Shown here: in pieces, positions 44,039 through 52,850 of the stretch
How the letters are laid out: the number at the start of each line of letters is the position of its first letter
How positions within the stretch are numbered: the stretch's first letter is position 1
Source: Propionibacteriales bacterium
GTDB taxonomy: Bacteria > Actinomycetota > Actinomycetes > Propionibacteriales > Nocardioidaceae
Assembly (NCBI GenBank): GCA_026392465.1
Contig: JAPLCA010000008.1
Span: 232,194-296,193 of the forward strand
Length of the DNA: 64,000 nucleotides
Reading direction: 5' to 3'
Notes under the pieces: model-generated
Told to the model about the DNA's origin: nothing
The model's input: only the letters and a program-made list of their open reading frames with translations
Databases searched by the model: none
Position numbers and translations under genes: made by a program

Positions 44039-45643
44039 ATGAAGCACTCCCTCCGTCGCGGCGTCGTCGCGACCGCCGTCGTCGCCCTCGGCGCCGGTCT
44101 CCTGGGCGCCGCGCCCGCCGCGCAGGCCGACATCTCGCGCACCCCGCAGGCCGTCAACGCGGCCGACTGGCTGTCGCACGGCATCGTCGACGGCGTCCTG
44201 CACAACCAGCAGTACGACTTCGACGACTGGGGGCTGACCATCGACGCCCTCCTCTCGCTCCAGTCGATCGGCGGGTACCGGGCCAAGGTCGCCGACATCG
44301 CCGACGCCCTGGGCGACCACCTCGGTGACTACGTCGGCACCGGAGCCGAGAAGTACGCGGGTGCGACCGCCAAGTCCCTCGTGGCCGCACAGGCCGCGGG
44401 TCGCGACGCGACCTCCTTCGGCGGCACGAACCTCGTGGCGGACACGGAGGCGCTCGTCGACGACACGACCGGCCGTCTCGGCGACGTCTCCGAGTACGGC
44501 GACTACGCCAACGTGTTCGGCCAGTCCTACGCGGTGCGCGGCCTGGCAGCGGCGGCCTCGCCGGAGACGGCGACCGCCACGGGCTTCCTGCTCGAGCAGC
44601 AGTGCGAGAACGGCGGCTTCCGTCTCGACCTCACCGCGGACAAGACTGCGGCCGACCAGGGCTGCAGCGACCCGGCCGAGGCGCAGGTCGATGCGACGGC
44701 GATCGCGGTCGAGGGCCTGGCGTCGCAGGCGTCCGACACGACCGTGCAGGCGGCCCTCGACCGGGCCGGCTCCTACCTCGAGGCCCAGCAGGACGCCAGC
44801 GGAGGGTTCGGCGGTGGACCGTCGACGGAGGCCGTCAACACCAACAGCACCGCGGTCGCGACGGTCGCGCTCGAGCTCGTGGGGCGCGGCGACGCCGCGG
44901 CCCGCGCCGCGGCGTGGATCGTGCAGCGCCAGGTGAGCGTCTACAGCGCGTGCGGCACCGACCTGGACGGCGAGCAGGGCGCGGTCGCCTACGACGACGC
45001 CGCCCTCGCGAGCGCCGAGGACACCGGCATCACCGCCTCGAACGCCGACCAGTGGGCCCGCGCGACCGCCCCGGCCATCGCCGCGCTCGCGTCCTACCAG
45101 GACCCGGAGCCGCTCCCGCGCGCCGCCTTCACGGTGACGGCCGCCGGCGGGTACGTCGCCTCCGACGCCCGCGCGAGGGTCACCGTGACCGGCATGGCGG
45201 CCGGCGAGCGGTACTGCGTGTACTCCAGCGAGGGCCTCGCCGCCCGCGCCGGCCGTGCCGACGCCGAGGGCAAGGCGACCATCACCGTGACGGCTCCCTC
45301 CGCTGCCGGCACCCGTCCGCTCTACGTCTACGGCGAGCGCGACTCCCGCTCCGGACAGGGCACGCTCAAGGTGCTCGCCTCGTCGGCCCGCTTCCCGGCG
45401 AGCGTCGGGGCGACCAGGGTGAAGGTCAACGGCAAGGTCCGCGTGAACGCCCGCGGCCTCGCCCCCGGCGAGCCGGTGCGCGTCTACTACCGCAGCCGCT
45501 ACGTGGCGACCGGCAAGGCGTCGAGCACGGGTCGGTTCACGACGGTGATCGGCGTCGGCCCCGCGACCGGACGCAAGACGGTGTTCGTCCGCGGCCTCAC
45601 GAACACGCGCCAGGGCACGGCCACCCTCACGGTGGTCCGATGA
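44039..45643 (+). CDS. Secreted prenyltransferase/squalene-oxidase-repeat-like (alpha/alpha toroid) protein
   Basis: ATG 44039. Signal peptide VVATAVVALGAGLLGAAPAAQA. Repeated motifs include QQCENGGFR and QQDASGGFGGG. A C-terminal Ig-like region follows. It is the first gene after the B12 riboswitch. Confidence 0.6.
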   Translation: MKHSLRRGVVATAVVALGAGLLGAAPAAQADISRTPQAVNAADWLSHGIVDGVLHNQQYDFDDWGLTIDALLSLQSIGGYRAKVADIADALGDHLGDYVGTGAEKYAGATAKSLVAAQAAGRDATSFGGTNLVADTEALVDDTTGRLGDVSEYGDYANVFGQSYAVRGLAAAASPETATATGFLLEQQCENGGFRLDLTADKTAADQGCSDPAEAQVDATAIAVEGLASQASDTTVQAALDRAGSYLEAQQDASGGFGGGPSTEAVNTNSTAVATVALELVGRGDAAARAAAWIVQRQVSVYSACGTDLDGEQGAVAYDDAALASAEDTGITASNADQWARATAPAIAALASYQDPEPLPRAAFTVTAAGGYVASDARARVTVTGMAAGERYCVYSSEGLAARAGRADAEGKATITVTAPSAAGTRPLYVYGERDSRSGQGTLKVLASSARFPASVGATRVKVNGKVRVNARGLAPGEPVRVYYRSRYVATGKASSTGRFTTVIGVGPATGRKTVFVRGLTNTRQGTATLTVVR

Positions 45644-46530
45644 CCCGACGGGTCCTGGCCGCGCTGGTCGCCACCCTGCTCGGGGTGGCGACCGGCGCGG
45701 TCGTCGTCGCGGCGCCCGCCCAGGCGGCCGCCTGCGTCGCGGGCCAGGGGGTCACGGTCGTCGTCGACCCCCACCAGCTCGGTGGCGCCGTCTCGACGAC
45801 CTGCGTGGCCGGCGGCAGCCGGGGCGCGACCGCCGCGTTCGGCGCGGCGGGTGTGCGCATGGACCGCGCGGCACGCCAGCCCGGCTTCGTGTGCCGCGTG
45901 AACCAGGCACCTGCGTCGGCAGGGTGCGTCCAGGCCTCGCCCGCGAACGCCTACTGGTCGTTGTGGGTCTCCTCCGGCAACGGCGTGTGGAGCTACGCGA
46001 CCACCGGCGTCGACGGGGTCACGGTGCCCCAGGGCGGCTGGGTCGCGTGGAGCTGGCAGGGGCAGGCGAGCCGGGCCGAGCCCGGGGTCGCCCCGGTCGG
46101 CGCGGCTGCCCGACCGTCGGCCCAGCCGACCGGCAGCACCGGCGGGTCGCGTGGTCCGAGCAGCTCCGACGGCCGGGGCGGTTCCGGGGCGTCCCTCGAC
46201 GGTGGCGCGTCGGCAGCGACCTCGGCGCCCGGAGGGGGGAGCGGGTCCTCGAAGGACGCGGAGCAGGGATCGGGCGGCGGCGCGGAGGACGACGCCGACG
46301 ACGCCGAGACGCGGGCGCGCGACGACGAGCGCGAGCCTCGGACGGCCCCGTCGGCGACGCCCTCGGCGGGTGCGGCTGCCGGTGCCGAGCGCGGCGACGA
46401 CGTGCGAGCCACGTCGGCCGACACCGGCTCGGGCGTCCCGGTCGGCACCCTCGTGGCCGTCGCGGTCGTGCTCGCCCTGCTCGGCGCGGCCGGAGTCGTC
46501 GCCTGGCGGCGGAGGGACGACCGCTCCTGA
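45640..46530 (+). CDS. Secreted, C-terminally anchored DUF4430-like protein (transcobalamin-like beta domain)
   Basis: ATGA overlap with the upstream gene. It has a signal peptide, then the region GFVCRVNQAP…AYWSLWVSSGNGVWSYATTGVDGVTVPQGGWVAWSW, a Gly/Ser/Asp-rich spacer, and the C-terminal TM LVAVAVVLALLGAAGVVAW. Confidence 0.5.
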   Translation: MTRRVLAALVATLLGVATGAVVVAAPAQAAACVAGQGVTVVVDPHQLGGAVSTTCVAGGSRGATAAFGAAGVRMDRAARQPGFVCRVNQAPASAGCVQASPANAYWSLWVSSGNGVWSYATTGVDGVTVPQGGWVAWSWQGQASRAEPGVAPVGAAARPSAQPTGSTGGSRGPSSSDGRGGSGASLDGGASAATSAPGGGSGSSKDAEQGSGGGAEDDADDAETRARDDEREPRTAPSATPSAGAAAGAERGDDVRATSADTGSGVPVGTLVAVAVVLALLGAAGVVAWRRRDDRS

Positions 46531-47684
46531 CCTCCCCGGCGCGCGACCTGCACCCCGGAGCCTGGTGGCTCTGGGCGCTCGGTCTTGCCGCGGCGGCCTC
46601 GTTCACGCTGAACCCGTTCGTGCTGGCGGTCGTCGGCGCGGTCGTGTCGGTGGTGGTCGTGGCCCGTCGCGGCGACGCGCCGTGGGCGCTGTCGTACCGG
46701 TTCTACGTCTACTTCGCCCTGTTCGTGGTCGTGCTGCGGGTGGTCTACCGGATCGTGCTCGGAGGTGGCGCCGTCGAGGGCGAGACCGTCCTGATCCACC
46801 TGCCCGAGATCCCGCTGCCCGAGGTCGCGCGCGGCATCCAGCTGCTCGGCGACGTGACGGCCGTGTCGCTGCTCGGCGCCCTGTACGACGGCATGCGGCT
46901 CGCCGCGATCATCCTGTGCGTCGGTGCCGCGAACTCCCTCGCCAACCCCCGACGCCTGCTCGCGGCGGTGCCGCCGGCGTTCTACGAGGTCGGCACCGCG
47001 GTGGTGGTGTCGTTGTCGGTCTTCCCGCAGCTCGCGGAGAGCGTGCAGCGGGTGCGACGCGCGCGGCGGCTCCGTGGCGACGCGGGCAGGGGCGTGCGGT
47101 CGCTGCGACGGGTGGTCGTGCCCGTGCTGGAGGATGCGCTCGAACGGTCCATGACGCTCGCCGCGGGCATGGACGCACGCGGCTACGGCCGCACGGGCGG
47201 CGCGACGGCCGCCCAGCGGCTCGTCACGGGCGGCCTCATGCTCGGCGGCCTGGGTGCCCTGTGCGTCGGTGCGTACGCCTACCTCGACGGCACCGCGCCC
47301 CGTGTCCTCGCCGGGCCGGTCCTCGTCGTGGGGGTGCTGCTCGCCGCCGCCGCGCTGCGCTCGGCCGGACGGCGGGTGCGACGCACCCGTTACCGCCCCG
47401 ACCGGTGGCGTCCCGCGGAGGTGCTGACGGCGCTGTGCGGCGTCGTCGTCGCGGTCGGCGTCGACCGTGCCTTCGACCTCGACCCCTACGTCGTCGTGCC
47501 CGACCTGGGATCATGGCCGACGGTCAGCCTGCCGGTGCTGCTCGTCGTGCTCGTGGGCGTGCTGCCCGCCGTCCTGACGCCACCGCCGGCGACCGACGTC
47601 GCCGGCCCGTCCAGCCACGACCCGTCCGACCGCGACCCGTCCGACCACGACGAGGGGGAGGTGCCCCGTGCTCGAGCTGCGTGA
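46527..47684 (+). CDS. ECF transporter transmembrane (T) component, CbiQ/EcfT family
   Basis: The conserved N-terminal region is RDLHPGAWWLWALGLAAAA, and the Arg-rich cytoplasmic motifs are ARRLRG…LRR and MDARGY. The start is uncertain. Only CTG 46527 (a CTGA overlap) precedes the first TM, and the next GTG is at about 46620. Confidence 0.7.
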   Translation: MTSPARDLHPGAWWLWALGLAAAASFTLNPFVLAVVGAVVSVVVVARRGDAPWALSYRFYVYFALFVVVLRVVYRIVLGGGAVEGETVLIHLPEIPLPEVARGIQLLGDVTAVSLLGALYDGMRLAAIILCVGAANSLANPRRLLAAVPPAFYEVGTAVVVSLSVFPQLAESVQRVRRARRLRGDAGRGVRSLRRVVVPVLEDALERSMTLAAGMDARGYGRTGGATAAQRLVTGGLMLGGLGALCVGAYAYLDGTAPRVLAGPVLVVGVLLAAAALRSAGRRVRRTRYRPDRWRPAEVLTALCGVVVAVGVDRAFDLDPYVVVPDLGSWPTVSLPVLLVVLVGVLPAVLTPPPATDVAGPSSHDPSDRDPSDHDEGEVPRARAA

Positions 47685-49263
47685 CGTGACGTTCTCCTAC
47701 GAGGACGCGGGCCCGACCCTGAAGGACGTCGACCTGCTGCTGCCCGACGGCGAGCTGCACCTCGTCTGCGGTCGTACCGGGTCGGGCAAGTCGACGCTGC
47801 TCGGGCTGTTCAACGGGCTGGTGCCCCACTTCACCGGCGGCCTGCTCGACGGCGACGTGCTCGTCGACGGGTCGTCGATCGTCGGCACGCCGCCCCGCGA
47901 GCTCGCCCACCTCGTCGGGTACGTGCCGCAGGACCCGGCCGCGGGGTTCGTGAGCGACGTCGTCGAGGACGAGCTGGCGTACGGCATGGAGCAGCTCGGC
48001 CTCGACCCGCAGACGATGCGGCGGCGCGTCGAGGAGACGCTCGACCTGCTGGGCATCGCCGACCTGCGCCGCCGGTCGCCGCGGACCCTGTCGGGCGGGC
48101 AGCAGCAGCGGGTCGCGATCGGGGCGGTGCTCACGATGCACCCCCGCATGCTCGTGCTCGACGAGCCGACGTCGGCGCTCGACCCCACCGCGGCCGAGGA
48201 CGTCCTGGCGACGGTGGCCCGGCTCGTCGCCGACGTCGGGCTCGGCGTGGTCGTCGCGGAGCACCGCATGGAGCGGGTGGTGCCGTTCGCGGACCGGCTC
48301 GTCGTGGTCGAGCACGGCCACGTCCGCGCGGGCGAGCCGGCCGACGTGCTGCGCGACAGCCCGGTCGCCCCGCCCCTGGTGGAGCTCGGCCGGCTCGCCG
48401 GGTGGGACCCGCTGCCGCTCACCGTGCGCGACGCGCGTCGCCGGTCCGCCCCGCTGCGCGAGCGGATCGGCCCCGCCCCCGTCCGGGGGCCGCGGCGTCC
48501 CGTGGGGGCGCCGGTGCTGCGCGCCGACGGCGTCTGCGTCGACTACCGCCGGCACCGCGCGGTGGACTCCGTCGACCTGACCGTCCGCTCCGGCGAGGTG
48601 GTGGCGCTCATGGGTCGCAACGGGTCGGGCAAGTCGTCGTTGCTGTGGGCGTTGCAGGGCGGCGTCCGGCGGGCCGCGGGACGGGTCGCGGTCGGGCCGG
48701 ACGCGCTCGACCCCGCCGGTCTCGCCCCCGTGGCGGCGCGAGCCCAGGTGGGGCTCGTGCCGCAGACCGCGTCGGACCTCCTGTACCTGGAGAGCGTCGA
48801 CGACGAGTGCGCCGCGGCCGACGCGCACACCGACGGGGCCGACGGCCGCTGCCGAGCGCTGCTGGACCGGCTGGCGCCCGGGATCGACGGCGACCAGCAC
48901 CCGCGCGACCTGAGCGAGGGGCAGCGGCTGTCGCTCGTCCTCGCGATCGTGCTCACCGCGGCGCCGCGGTTGCTGCTGCTCGACGAGCCGACCCGCGGTC
49001 TCGACTACTCGGCCAAGACCCAGCTGGCCGACATCCTGCACGCGCAGGCCGCCGAGGGGCGCGGCGTGGTGGTGTCGACCCACGACGTCGAGTTCGTGGC
49101 GCTCGTCGCGGACGCCGTCGTCGTGATGGCCGAGGGCGAGGTGGTGTCGGCCGGTGACGTCGGCAAGGTGCTCGCGGAGTCGCCGGCCTTCGCGCCGCAG
49201 ACGGCGAAGGTGCTCGGCCCGGGCTGGCTCACCGTCGCCGACGTCGCAGGGGCGTCGTCGTGA
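47668..49263 (+). CDS. Duplicated ECF/ABC ATPase (EcfA-EcfA' fusion, CbiO-like)
   Basis: GTG 47668 follows gggggagg. Two ABC cassettes are present. The first has GRTGSGKST, LSGGQQQRV and MLVLDEPTS. The second has GRNGSGKSS, LSEGQRLSL and LLLLDEPTR. Confidence 0.9.
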   Translation: MLELRDVTFSYEDAGPTLKDVDLLLPDGELHLVCGRTGSGKSTLLGLFNGLVPHFTGGLLDGDVLVDGSSIVGTPPRELAHLVGYVPQDPAAGFVSDVVEDELAYGMEQLGLDPQTMRRRVEETLDLLGIADLRRRSPRTLSGGQQQRVAIGAVLTMHPRMLVLDEPTSALDPTAAEDVLATVARLVADVGLGVVVAEHRMERVVPFADRLVVVEHGHVRAGEPADVLRDSPVAPPLVELGRLAGWDPLPLTVRDARRRSAPLRERIGPAPVRGPRRPVGAPVLRADGVCVDYRRHRAVDSVDLTVRSGEVVALMGRNGSGKSSLLWALQGGVRRAAGRVAVGPDALDPAGLAPVAARAQVGLVPQTASDLLYLESVDDECAAADAHTDGADGRCRALLDRLAPGIDGDQHPRDLSEGQRLSLVLAIVLTAAPRLLLLDEPTRGLDYSAKTQLADILHAQAAEGRGVVVSTHDVEFVALVADAVVVMAEGEVVSAGDVGKVLAESPAFAPQTAKVLGPGWLTVADVAGASS

Positions 49264-50066
49264 CGTCGCGTCTCACGCCGCGCTCGGCCCTGGTGCTCGG
49301 GGTCGCGTCGCTGGCGGGGCTCGTCATGTTCCTCTGGCCCCTGTTCGTCCAGCCGGCGGCGGGCGCGACGCGCGTCGACCAGCCCTTCATCTTCATGGCG
49401 CTGCTGCCGATCGTGGTGCTCGTCGTCGTCGCCGAGCTCACCGAGGGCGGCATGGACGCCAAGGCGCTCGCGATGCTCGGCGTGCTGACCGCCGTGAACG
49501 CGGCCCTGCGTCCGCTCGGTGCCGGGACGGCCGGCATCGAGACCGTCTTCTTCGTGCTCGTCCTCGCCGGCCGGGTGTTCGGCCCGGGGTTCGGGTACGT
49601 GCTCGGGTGCACGTCGCTGTTCGCCTCCGCGCTGCTGACGTCGGGCGTCGGGCCGTGGCTGCCGTTCCAGATGATGTGCGCGGCCTGGATCGGGCTGGGC
49701 GCCGGACTGCTCCCGCGACGCGTCACGGGCCGGGCGGAGGTCGCGATGCTCGTGGTCTACGCGGTCGTCGCCGCCTACGCCTTCGGCATGCTCATGAACC
49801 TGTCGTCCTGGCCGTTCCAGCTGGGGATCGCCGTCCCCGGCTCGGACCAGACGCTGCAGCTGGTGCCCGGCGACCCGGTCGGGGAGAACCTGCACCGCTT
49901 CCTGCTCTACAACCTGCTCACGTCGACCTGGGGCTGGGACACCGGGCGGGCGATCACCAACGCCCTGCTCGTCGGGCTCCTCGGGCCCGCCGTGCTCACG
50001 ACGCTGCGGCGGGCGGCACGCCGGGCCCGCTACGGAGAGCCGGCCGTCGAGGTCGCCGACCGCTGA
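49260..50066 (+). CDS. ECF transporter substrate-specific (S) component-like membrane protein
   Basis: GTGA overlap with the ATPase. It has six or seven TM segments. Its position and composition fit the actinobacterial ECF S components seen in B12-riboswitch operons. Confidence 0.6.
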   Translation: MTSRLTPRSALVLGVASLAGLVMFLWPLFVQPAAGATRVDQPFIFMALLPIVVLVVVAELTEGGMDAKALAMLGVLTAVNAALRPLGAGTAGIETVFFVLVLAGRVFGPGFGYVLGCTSLFASALLTSGVGPWLPFQMMCAAWIGLGAGLLPRRVTGRAEVAMLVVYAVVAAYAFGMLMNLSSWPFQLGIAVPGSDQTLQLVPGDPVGENLHRFLLYNLLTSTWGWDTGRAITNALLVGLLGPAVLTTLRRAARRARYGEPAVEVADR

Positions 50067-50095
50067 CGGGCCGTCGGTCGGCGAGGATGGGCGCC

Positions 50096-50734
50096 ATGCG
50101 TCCGTCGTCCCGCACCGTCCTGCTGCTCGCCGCCCTGCTGAGCGGCCTCCTCGTCCACGCCGCTCCCGCGACGGCTACCGGTTCGAGCGCCGCCTGCACC
50201 GACGAGGACGTCGTGGTCGTCGTCGAGCCGGCGTCGCTCGGTGGCGAGCCCGAGGTGCGCTGCGCGACCGGCCTCGACGCGGATGCCGTGGCGCAGGACG
50301 CGCTGGTCGCCGCCGGGCACGACCTGCAGGAGACCAGCGGCTCGACGCCGTTCGTGTGCCGGGTCGACGGTCGGCCGGGTGCGGACGAGGAGCGGTGCGG
50401 CGCGTCGCTGTCCGGGTCGGGCTACTGGGCCTTCCTGGTGGCCGACGAGGGCGGCGACTGGACGTTCGCGCAGACCGGGTTGCGCGAGCAGCGGGTGCAG
50501 CCGGGGCAGTTCGTCGCCCTGCGCTACCAGCTGCTGGCCGACGGCGAGGACGTGCCGGTGCAGACCAGACCGACCGCCGAGACGCGGGAGCGGACGCCTC
50601 GTGACACCGACGTCGAGGAGCAGGACGCGCCGCGTCCCTCCGGCGGCGAGACCGCGGTGACGGTGCTGCTGGCCGTCGTCCTCCTCGCGGTCGTGGTCGG
50701 CATCGTGGTCGTCGCCCGACGGCGTCGGCCGTGA
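50096..50734 (+). CDS. Second DUF4430-like secreted, C-terminally anchored protein (paralog of 45640..46530)
   Basis: ATG 50096 (alternative 50087). Signal peptide, then PFVCRVDGRPG…GYWAFLVADEGGDWTFAQTGLREQRVQPGQFVALRY, and the C-terminal TM VTVLLAVVLLAVVVGIVVV. Confidence 0.5.
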   Translation: MRPSSRTVLLLAALLSGLLVHAAPATATGSSAACTDEDVVVVVEPASLGGEPEVRCATGLDADAVAQDALVAAGHDLQETSGSTPFVCRVDGRPGADEERCGASLSGSGYWAFLVADEGGDWTFAQTGLREQRVQPGQFVALRYQLLADGEDVPVQTRPTAETRERTPRDTDVEEQDAPRPSGGETAVTVLLAVVLLAVVVGIVVVARRRRP

Positions 50735-50768
50735 CCGCGTGCCACCGTCGGGTCGGCACACTGGTGCC

Positions 50769-51524
50769 ATGACGGCGACGCGCCAGGGCGACCACACGGT
50801 CCGGTTCGACTGGGGACCCATCGGCGGGATCGCCGTGGGGGAGGGCGCCGACGTGGCGGTCGTCGTCGACGTCCTGTCCTTCACCACCGCGCTCGGCGTG
50901 GCCGTGGAGCGGGGCGCCGTGGTGGTGCCGTACCCGGCGGGTCGCCCCGACGCCGCCGAGGTCGCCGCCCAGACGGGTGCCGTGCTGGCTGGCGGGCGCT
51001 CGAGCGCCGCGCCCGACGAGCCCACGCTCTCGCCGGCTCGCCTGCTCGAGGTCGACCTGCCACCCAGGCTCGTGCTGCCGTCCCCGAACGGGTCGGCCGT
51101 CGCGCACGCCCTGGCGTCGGCGGCGACGACCGTGGTCGGCGCGAGCCTGCGCAACGCCGCGGCCGTCGCCTCCTGGATCGCGCGCGAGCACGACGCCGAC
51201 GACACGGTGGTCGCGGTGGTCGCCGCGGGCGAGCGGTGGCCCGACGGGTCGCTGCGGCCGGCGGTGGAGGACCTCTGGGGTGCCGGCGCCGTGCTCGCAG
51301 CCCTCGAGGACTTCGACTGGCCCGGCCTGTCGCCCGAGGCGGCGATGGCCGCCGACGCCTACCGGCTCGTCCAGGAGCGGGAGTCGTCGCACCTGCACGC
51401 CTGCGCGAGCGGCGTGGAGCTTGTCGCGGCGGGCTGGGAGGCCGACGTCGCCGTCGCCGCGCAGGTGGGCGCGAGCAGCGTCGTCCCGGTGCTCAGCGAC
51501 CGCGGATTCGTCCCAGCGCCATAA
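50769..51524 (+). CDS. 2-phosphosulfolactate phosphatase (ComB) family protein
   Basis: ATG 50769. VVVDVLSFTTALGVAVERGA and the overall size fit the ComB family. Confidence 0.65.
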   Translation: MTATRQGDHTVRFDWGPIGGIAVGEGADVAVVVDVLSFTTALGVAVERGAVVVPYPAGRPDAAEVAAQTGAVLAGGRSSAAPDEPTLSPARLLEVDLPPRLVLPSPNGSAVAHALASAATTVVGASLRNAAAVASWIAREHDADDTVVAVVAAGERWPDGSLRPAVEDLWGAGAVLAALEDFDWPGLSPEAAMAADAYRLVQERESSHLHACASGVELVAAGWEADVAVAAQVGASSVVPVLSDRGFVPAP

Positions 51525-51619
51525 AGTCGAAAAAGGTTCTGGACGGTATTCCTGACTTTCGTCCATAAAAGCTCGGCCCGGTGTCACGACTTTCCGTCCG
51601 GGCACGATAATCTGCGCGC

Positions 51620-51964
51620 ATGGCAAAAAAGACCGTGGAAAAGTTCTACTCCGACCTGAGCGGTGACGAGATCGACACCCCGTCTCCCACCGTCGCCTTC
51701 ACCTTCGACGGTGTCGGCTACGAGGTCGACCTCACCGAGGCCGAGCGGCAGGCCTTCGCCGACGCCGTCGCGCCCTACGTCGCGGTCGGTCGCCGCGCGG
51801 GCCGCGCCTCCGGCCGCAGCAGCTCGCGGCGCTCGTCGTCGTCCTCCGCGTCGTCGGTCGACGCCAAGGCCGTGCGGGAGTGGGCCCAGGAGCAGGGCCT
51901 CGACGTCCCCGCCCGTGGGCGCGTTCCCTCCTCGCTCATCGAGGCCTACCAGTCGGCGCACTGA
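51620..51964 (+). CDS. lsr2: Lsr2 family nucleoid-associated protein
   Basis: The N-terminal dimerisation domain is MAKKTVEKFYSDLSGDEID…VAFTFDGVGYEVDLTEAE. A basic Ser/Arg linker follows, then the C-terminal DNA-binding motif VREWAQEQGLDVPARGRVPSSLIEAY. The leader is AT-rich. Confidence 0.9.
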   Translation: MAKKTVEKFYSDLSGDEIDTPSPTVAFTFDGVGYEVDLTEAERQAFADAVAPYVAVGRRAGRASGRSSSRRSSSSSASSVDAKAVREWAQEQGLDVPARGRVPSSLIEAYQSAH

Positions 51965-52034
51965 CCCTGCGTCGACGACGCGACGTCGTCGGCTCGCTGA
52001 GGCCCCGGTCCGCGCGGACCGGGGCCTCAGCGCG

Positions 52035-52817
52035 TCAGACCGTCCGCACGGTGCCGCCGTCGATGACGTACTCGGCTCCGACGATCGCCGAGGCACGGTC
52101 CGAGACCAGGAAGCCGACGAGGTCGGCGACCTCCTCGGGTGTCGCGAACCGGCCGAGCGGTACCCCACCGAGCGAGTCGAGGATGCTCCGCTCGGCCTCC
52201 TGCGGCGTTCGCCCGTTGCCGCTGAGCAGCGTCACGAAGTCGGCGTAGGACTCAGTCGCGATGCCACCCGGGCTGATCGCGTTGACGCGCACGCCGCGAG
52301 GAGCCAGCTCGTTGGCAAGACCCTTGCTGTAGGTCCGCAGGGCGGCCTTGGCCGACGCGTAGGGGAGCGTCGCGTCGTGGAGCGGCATCTCGCGCTGGAT
52401 CGACGTGAAGTGGAGCACCGTGCCCCGGCCGGCGGCGAGCATCGCGGGGAGGAGCGCCCGGTCGAGTCGCACCGCGCTCAACAGGTTCAGGTCGATCATG
52501 GCGCGCCACTGCTCGTCGTCGGCGGCCGCGAAGCCGCCGGGCGGGGTCGACGATCCGCCCACGACGTGCACGAGGACGTCGAGCGGACCGTCCTCGCCGA
52601 CCCGTGCGGCCAGGGACGCGACGCCCTCGACCGTCGAGGTGTCGGCCTCGACGAAGCGGTCGGGCCGGTCGTACTCCTCGGGCATGGTGCGCGCCGTGGT
52701 CCAGACGTCGGCCCCCATCTCGCGCAGTCGGTGCACGACGGCGCGCCCGGTGCCCTTCGAGCCGCCCGTCACGAGGGCGCGTCGACCGTCGAGGCGGTCG
52801 CGGTCCGTCATGGTCAT
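52035..52817 (-). CDS. SDR family oxidoreductase
   Basis: ATG 52817 follows gaaggaac. Cofactor motif [13 protein letters not shown]. Catalytic YASAKAAL. Confidence 0.85.
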   Translation of the reverse strand: MTMTDRDRLDGRRALVTGGSKGTGRAVVHRLREMGADVWTTARTMPEEYDRPDRFVEADTSTVEGVASLAARVGEDGPLDVLVHVVGGSSTPPGGFAAADDEQWRAMIDLNLLSAVRLDRALLPAMLAAGRGTVLHFTSIQREMPLHDATLPYASAKAALRTYSKGLANELAPRGVRVNAISPGGIATESYADFVTLLSGNGRTPQEAERSILDSLGGVPLGRFATPEEVADLVGFLVSDRASAIVGAEYVIDGGTVRTV

Positions 52818-52850
52818 GTCTGTTCCTTCGTCCGTCGTGTCCACGCGTCG

